From a virus (Duplodnaviria; Caudoviricetes): a DNA stretch of 35,889 nucleotides. Position 1 is the first letter of the stretch; every line of letters starts with the position of its first letter. Location of the stretch: the IMG/VR virus record IMGVR_UViG_3300037751_000446, positions 1-35,889 of that record; one strand, written 5' to 3'. A program made the position numbers and the translations under genes. This document shows positions 33,361 through 35,889 of this stretch, one piece after another. The notes beneath the pieces are model-generated. The model was given only the letters and a program-made list of their open reading frames with translations. It was not told where the DNA came from and made no database searches.

Positions 33361-34438
33361 CCAGGATATTACGTGCTGCATTCACATCTCTGTCCAGCAA
33401 AAGGCCGCAGGCGGGACAGTCATGGACGCGCACGGAGAGGGCTTTTTCTACGATGCTCCCACACCCGCTGCACATCTGGGAGGTCCACTTCGGATCAACC
33501 CTTACGATCTCGGCCCCGGCCTCGGCGGCCTTGTAGCCGAGCAATTCCTGGAAGATGCCCAGCCCTATGTCATGAGCCACCCGCGCCAGGGTCGGGTTTC
33601 GCAGCATGAAGCTCAGGGAGAGGTCCTCCAGGGCGATCAGGCCGTAGCTGTTCGCCAGCCGTCGGCTCACCTTGTGCCAGAAATCCCTTCTCTGGTTTTC
33701 GAGCCTTTCATGCTGGCGGGCCAACAGTTGGATGGCCTTTCGCCTCCTGTGGCTCCCTTTCTTTTTTCTGGCGACCGCCCTCTGGAGCCGCCGAAATTTC
33801 CTCAGCGAAGCCTCCAGGCTGTACAGGCTGTCGATAATGGTTCCGTCGCTGAGCGCCAGCGCGTGCTTGATCCCCATGTCGATGCCCACCGCCGGGCCGG
33901 GATGAGGGGCGGGTTCAGGGTCGGGCAGTTCGAGCGACAGGCAGACATACCAGCCGGACGGCTTGCGGAGGACCCGCACGGTCTTAATCCTGGCGTCGTC
34001 AGGGAGTTCCCTGTGCCAGCGGGCCTCTATCAGGCCCACGCTCTGAATATAGAGCCGGTCTTCCCGGAGGTGAGCGCCGTTGCGATAGGTAAACTCCAGG
34101 CTGTTGAAGTTTCGGAAGGGCTTGAAGCGGGGCCGCCCGCGCTTCCCTTTCAGGAATTGGAGGTACGCGCCGTCAAGGCGGCGCAGGACCCGCTTACCGG
34201 CATGTTGATTAAGCGCCTGAAGGGGATTGATTGACGGTTCCTCGTTTCGCCACGCGCTCCACAGCTTCTCTTGCTCGTACACGCTCACCGACCGCCGCGA
34301 TTTTTGCCAGGCGTCCCGTCGATGGTGGAGGGCGCGGTTATAGAGCCACCACCCGGCCCACAAAATATCCTTGAGGCCACGTTCTTGCTCCGGTGTGGGG
34401 TAGAGTCGGTATTTGTACGTTCGCTTTATCTCACTCAT
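33344..34438 (-). CDS. tnpB: RNA-guided endonuclease TnpB
   Basis: YKYRLYPT, RuvC motifs GIDMG / ALEDL / DRDVNAARNI, zinc finger CSGC..CPAC; AAGGAGG RBS. Confidence 0.95.
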   Translation of the reverse strand: MSEIKRTYKYRLYPTPEQERGLKDILWAGWWLYNRALHHRRDAWQKSRRSVSVYEQEKLWSAWRNEEPSINPLQALNQHAGKRVLRRLDGAYLQFLKGKRGRPRFKPFRNFNSLEFTYRNGAHLREDRLYIQSVGLIEARWHRELPDDARIKTVRVLRKPSGWYVCLSLELPDPEPAPHPGPAVGIDMGIKHALALSDGTIIDSLYSLEASLRKFRRLQRAVARKKKGSHRRRKAIQLLARQHERLENQRRDFWHKVSRRLANSYGLIALEDLSLSFMLRNPTLARVAHDIGLGIFQELLGYKAAEAGAEIVRVDPKWTSQMCSGCGSIVEKALSVRVHDCPACGLLLDRDVNAARNILARAVN

Positions 34439-34471
34439 AGTCCTCCTTTTTATGAGCCTCACCGGGGACGC

Positions 34472-34502
34472 AAAAACCCGCGTCCATCGTGAGTCGCGGG
34501 TT
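34472..34502 (-). terminator. Terminator/attenuator in the tnpB leader
   Basis: AACCCGCG-N12-CGCGGGTT followed by TTT, about 35 nt before the tnpB ATG. Confidence 0.65.
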
Positions 34503-34529
34503 GGAAGGCAGTTGACGGCGCGTTATAAT
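34501..34529 (+). promoter_or_regulatory. Antisense sigma70-type promoter
   Basis: TTGGAA-N17-TATAAT. Confidence 0.65.
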
Positions 34530-34534
34530 GAGCC

Positions 34535-34612
34535 GCAGCTTCCTCCGTGGCGTTTCACGGTGGGCAGTCAGGGCCTGGGGGGTGTTGCTTGCACCTTCCA
34601 GGTCCGTTTTCT
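34535..34612 (+). ncRNA. Candidate cis-antisense sRNA to the tnpB leader
   Basis: Starts after TATAAT; hairpin ccgtg/cacgg; ends in a 14-bp stem that pairs fully only on the plus strand (G-U pairs), then GTTTTCT. Confidence 0.55.
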
Positions 34613-34626
34613 ATCGATGCCCTATT

Positions 34627-34875
34627 CTACTCCGAGTCGGGGCCGGGGTCAATAAGCTGGTCCAGCCGTCCGTATCGCTGCCACCTGGCGTCCCTGATCT
34701 CCTCCAGGTAGGCCATCTCCGCTTCCACGCGGCGATTGTCCCAGCGCGCCTGCGCCCGCTGGACCGCCTGCTCGAATTCCTCGTCCGGCGAGAGGTCATC
34801 GTCCTTTATCTCCCGGATGGTCATGAATGCGCTCGGCTTCCGCTTTCCGAAACCGCTGAGAAACTGCTTAATCAT
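34627..34875 (-). CDS. Hypothetical phage protein
   Basis: GGAGG RBS; in line with neighbouring genes. Confidence 0.6.
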   Translation of the reverse strand: MIKQFLSGFGKRKPSAFMTIREIKDDDLSPDEEFEQAVQRAQARWDNRRVEAEMAYLEEIRDARWQRYGRLDQLIDPGPDSE

Positions 34876-34900
34876 CGTGTTTTCCTCCGCCCGTCTCCGG

Positions 34901-34923
34901 GCTGATTAGCTGATTAGCTGACT
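34901..34923. repeat. Short tandem repeat gctgatta gctgatta gctgact
   Basis: Read directly; same GCTGA core as the 1247..1277 repeat. Confidence 0.6.
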
Positions 34924-35278
34924 ACCCGACCATTCGGTCCAGCGACGGCACGAAGCTAAACGCTAACTGCTCAACGCGCTTGCGGCGCACCGCCGCCCGC
35001 CAGCCGTATTTGGGGTGGGCCGCCAGCCGTTCCACCACGCCAGCCGCCTCCAGCGCCGTCAGACGGCGGTAGTAGGTGATGCGGTTGGCCCGCACCCCCG
35101 CCAGGCCCATGATAACCGACATTTTCAAATAGCCGCCGGGACGGGCCGTCAGCGCTTCCCAGATCGCCGCGTCCAACCCGTAGAGCGCCCCCGGCTCCAC
35201 GATCTCGAATTCCTCGCCGGGCCGCAGGTCTACCTGGTTGACCGCCTGGCAGCGGCGGCAGTGGAAGGTTTGGATCAT
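34922..35278 (-). CDS. Putative winged-helix DNA-binding protein with N-terminal CxxC
   Basis: YYRRLTALEAAGVVER..YGW wHTH pattern; GAGGA RBS. Confidence 0.6.
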   Translation of the reverse strand: MIQTFHCRRCQAVNQVDLRPGEEFEIVEPGALYGLDAAIWEALTARPGGYLKMSVIMGLAGVRANRITYYRRLTALEAAGVVERLAAHPKYGWRAAVRRKRVEQLAFSFVPSLDRMVG

Positions 35279-35497
35279 CTATCCTCCTCTACCCCTCATT
35301 ATAGCCGCGACCAGCCGCACACGCTCCGCTGGCTCCAGCCGTCCGAACTCCTGGATCAGCGTGTAGTCCTCTTTGTTCACCTCGACCAGCGCGGCGGGCT
35401 GATCGCTGTGGCGCTTCGGGTCACTCCCCTCGAACAGCGCGATCTCCAGTGCCGAGGCCACGTAGATCGCCGCCAGCCGGGTTACTTCATTCGCCAT
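35279..35497 (-). CDS. Hypothetical phage protein
   Basis: Tightly packed between neighbours; stop abuts the next ATG. Confidence 0.6.
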   Translation of the reverse strand: MANEVTRLAAIYVASALEIALFEGSDPKRHSDQPAALVEVNKEDYTLIQEFGRLEPAERVRLVAAIMRGRGG

Positions 35498-35500
35498 GCG

Positions 35501-35800
35501 TCAAATCCTTATACGGCTGGTTTGGACGGCAAAGGCATGTTGGGCCATCTCTTTGTTCGGCATAACCCCTGCGACCAGGAGTGCCGTCTGTACAGGGTCT
35601 TCCATGTAGACGAACGCCTGGAGAATGGTAGCCAGCGTGGAAGCCAGTTCGTCAAACTCCATGCCATGCTCGTCATAACCAGCAGCTGTGAAGGGGTCAC
35701 ACCTGTCGTTCAGTAGGTCGATCACAGGTTGGAGTGAAGTAGGCCAGTTCTTATCAGTCATCGAAGTTCCTTTCATGGGTAAGTCGTTTGATTCAGCCAT
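35501..35800 (-). CDS. Hypothetical phage protein (start may be the internal ATG at 35761)
   Basis: Open frame packed against neighbours; AAAGGA precedes the internal ATG. Confidence 0.55.
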   Translation of the reverse strand: MAESNDLPMKGTSMTDKNWPTSLQPVIDLLNDRCDPFTAAGYDEHGMEFDELASTLATILQAFVYMEDPVQTALLVAGVMPNKEMAQHAFAVQTSRIRI

Positions 35801-35808
35801 ATCGTTAG

Positions 35809-35889
35809 TTACTGGTCGAGCCTCACTTTGTGAGTACGTTCATCGTCGATGAGGCGTTCGGTGAAGTCTCTGTTTATTTTCCCCGACTC
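35809..35889 (-). CDS. 3' end of a gene running in from outside the window
   Basis: Open frame ESGKINRDFTERLIDDERTHKVRLDQ* ending just before the next gene. Confidence 0.4.
   Translation of the reverse strand, partial: ESGKINRDFTERLIDDERTHKVRLDQ

Larger units (their letters stand above)
33237..34510 (-). mobile_element. IS200/IS605-derived, tnpB-only (IS1341-like) element; left end uncertain
   Basis: tnpB plus right end ..GAGTTCAC; no tnpA in the window. Confidence 0.6.

Noticed and set aside
33344-34438. Nuclease-dead TnpB (TldR) repressor
   Set aside because: RuvC D, E and D residues are all present
34512-34529. TTGACG as the -35 for TATAAT 34524
   Set aside because: Spacing is only 6 nt; TTGGAA at 34501 has the correct 17-nt spacing

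Overview
The window is most of a tailed dsDNA (siphovirus-type) phage or prophage genome; no integrase or replication module is visible. Almost everything is on the minus strand. From right to left it carries small early/middle genes, a stand-alone TnpB with its omegaRNA, and a long translationally coupled late operon. That operon runs: GT87-like membrane glycosyltransferase, terminases, portal, minor head protein, two GT-B glycosyltransferases plus a methyltransferase-like/Rho-N fusion, scaffold/protease, decoration protein, major capsid, a third GT-B, head-tail connectors, tail tube, frameshifted tail chaperone, tape measure, tail tip and fibre, and a lysis cassette built around a lipoprotein glycoside hydrolase. 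Next comes a plus-strand islet with an XRE repressor, a consensus promoter, a type II hammerhead ribozyme and an excisionase-like HTH gene. Last is a leftward early operon with a Dam-type methylase, two CAU-anticodon tRNA genes (one highly aberrant) and several structured intergenic RNAs. A Chloroflexota (Anaerolineae-like) host is inferred from protein style only. The most notable signals are (1) four glycosyltransferases and a methyltransferase-like gene woven into the head module, a candidate virion glycan system; (2) a catalytically intact TnpB that seems to be under antisense-RNA attenuation and has a short, hairpin-delimited guide; (3) a tRNA-like gene with alanine identity elements, a CAU loop and an anticodon arm extended by 10 nt. 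All protein calls come from motif recognition by eye, not database searches.
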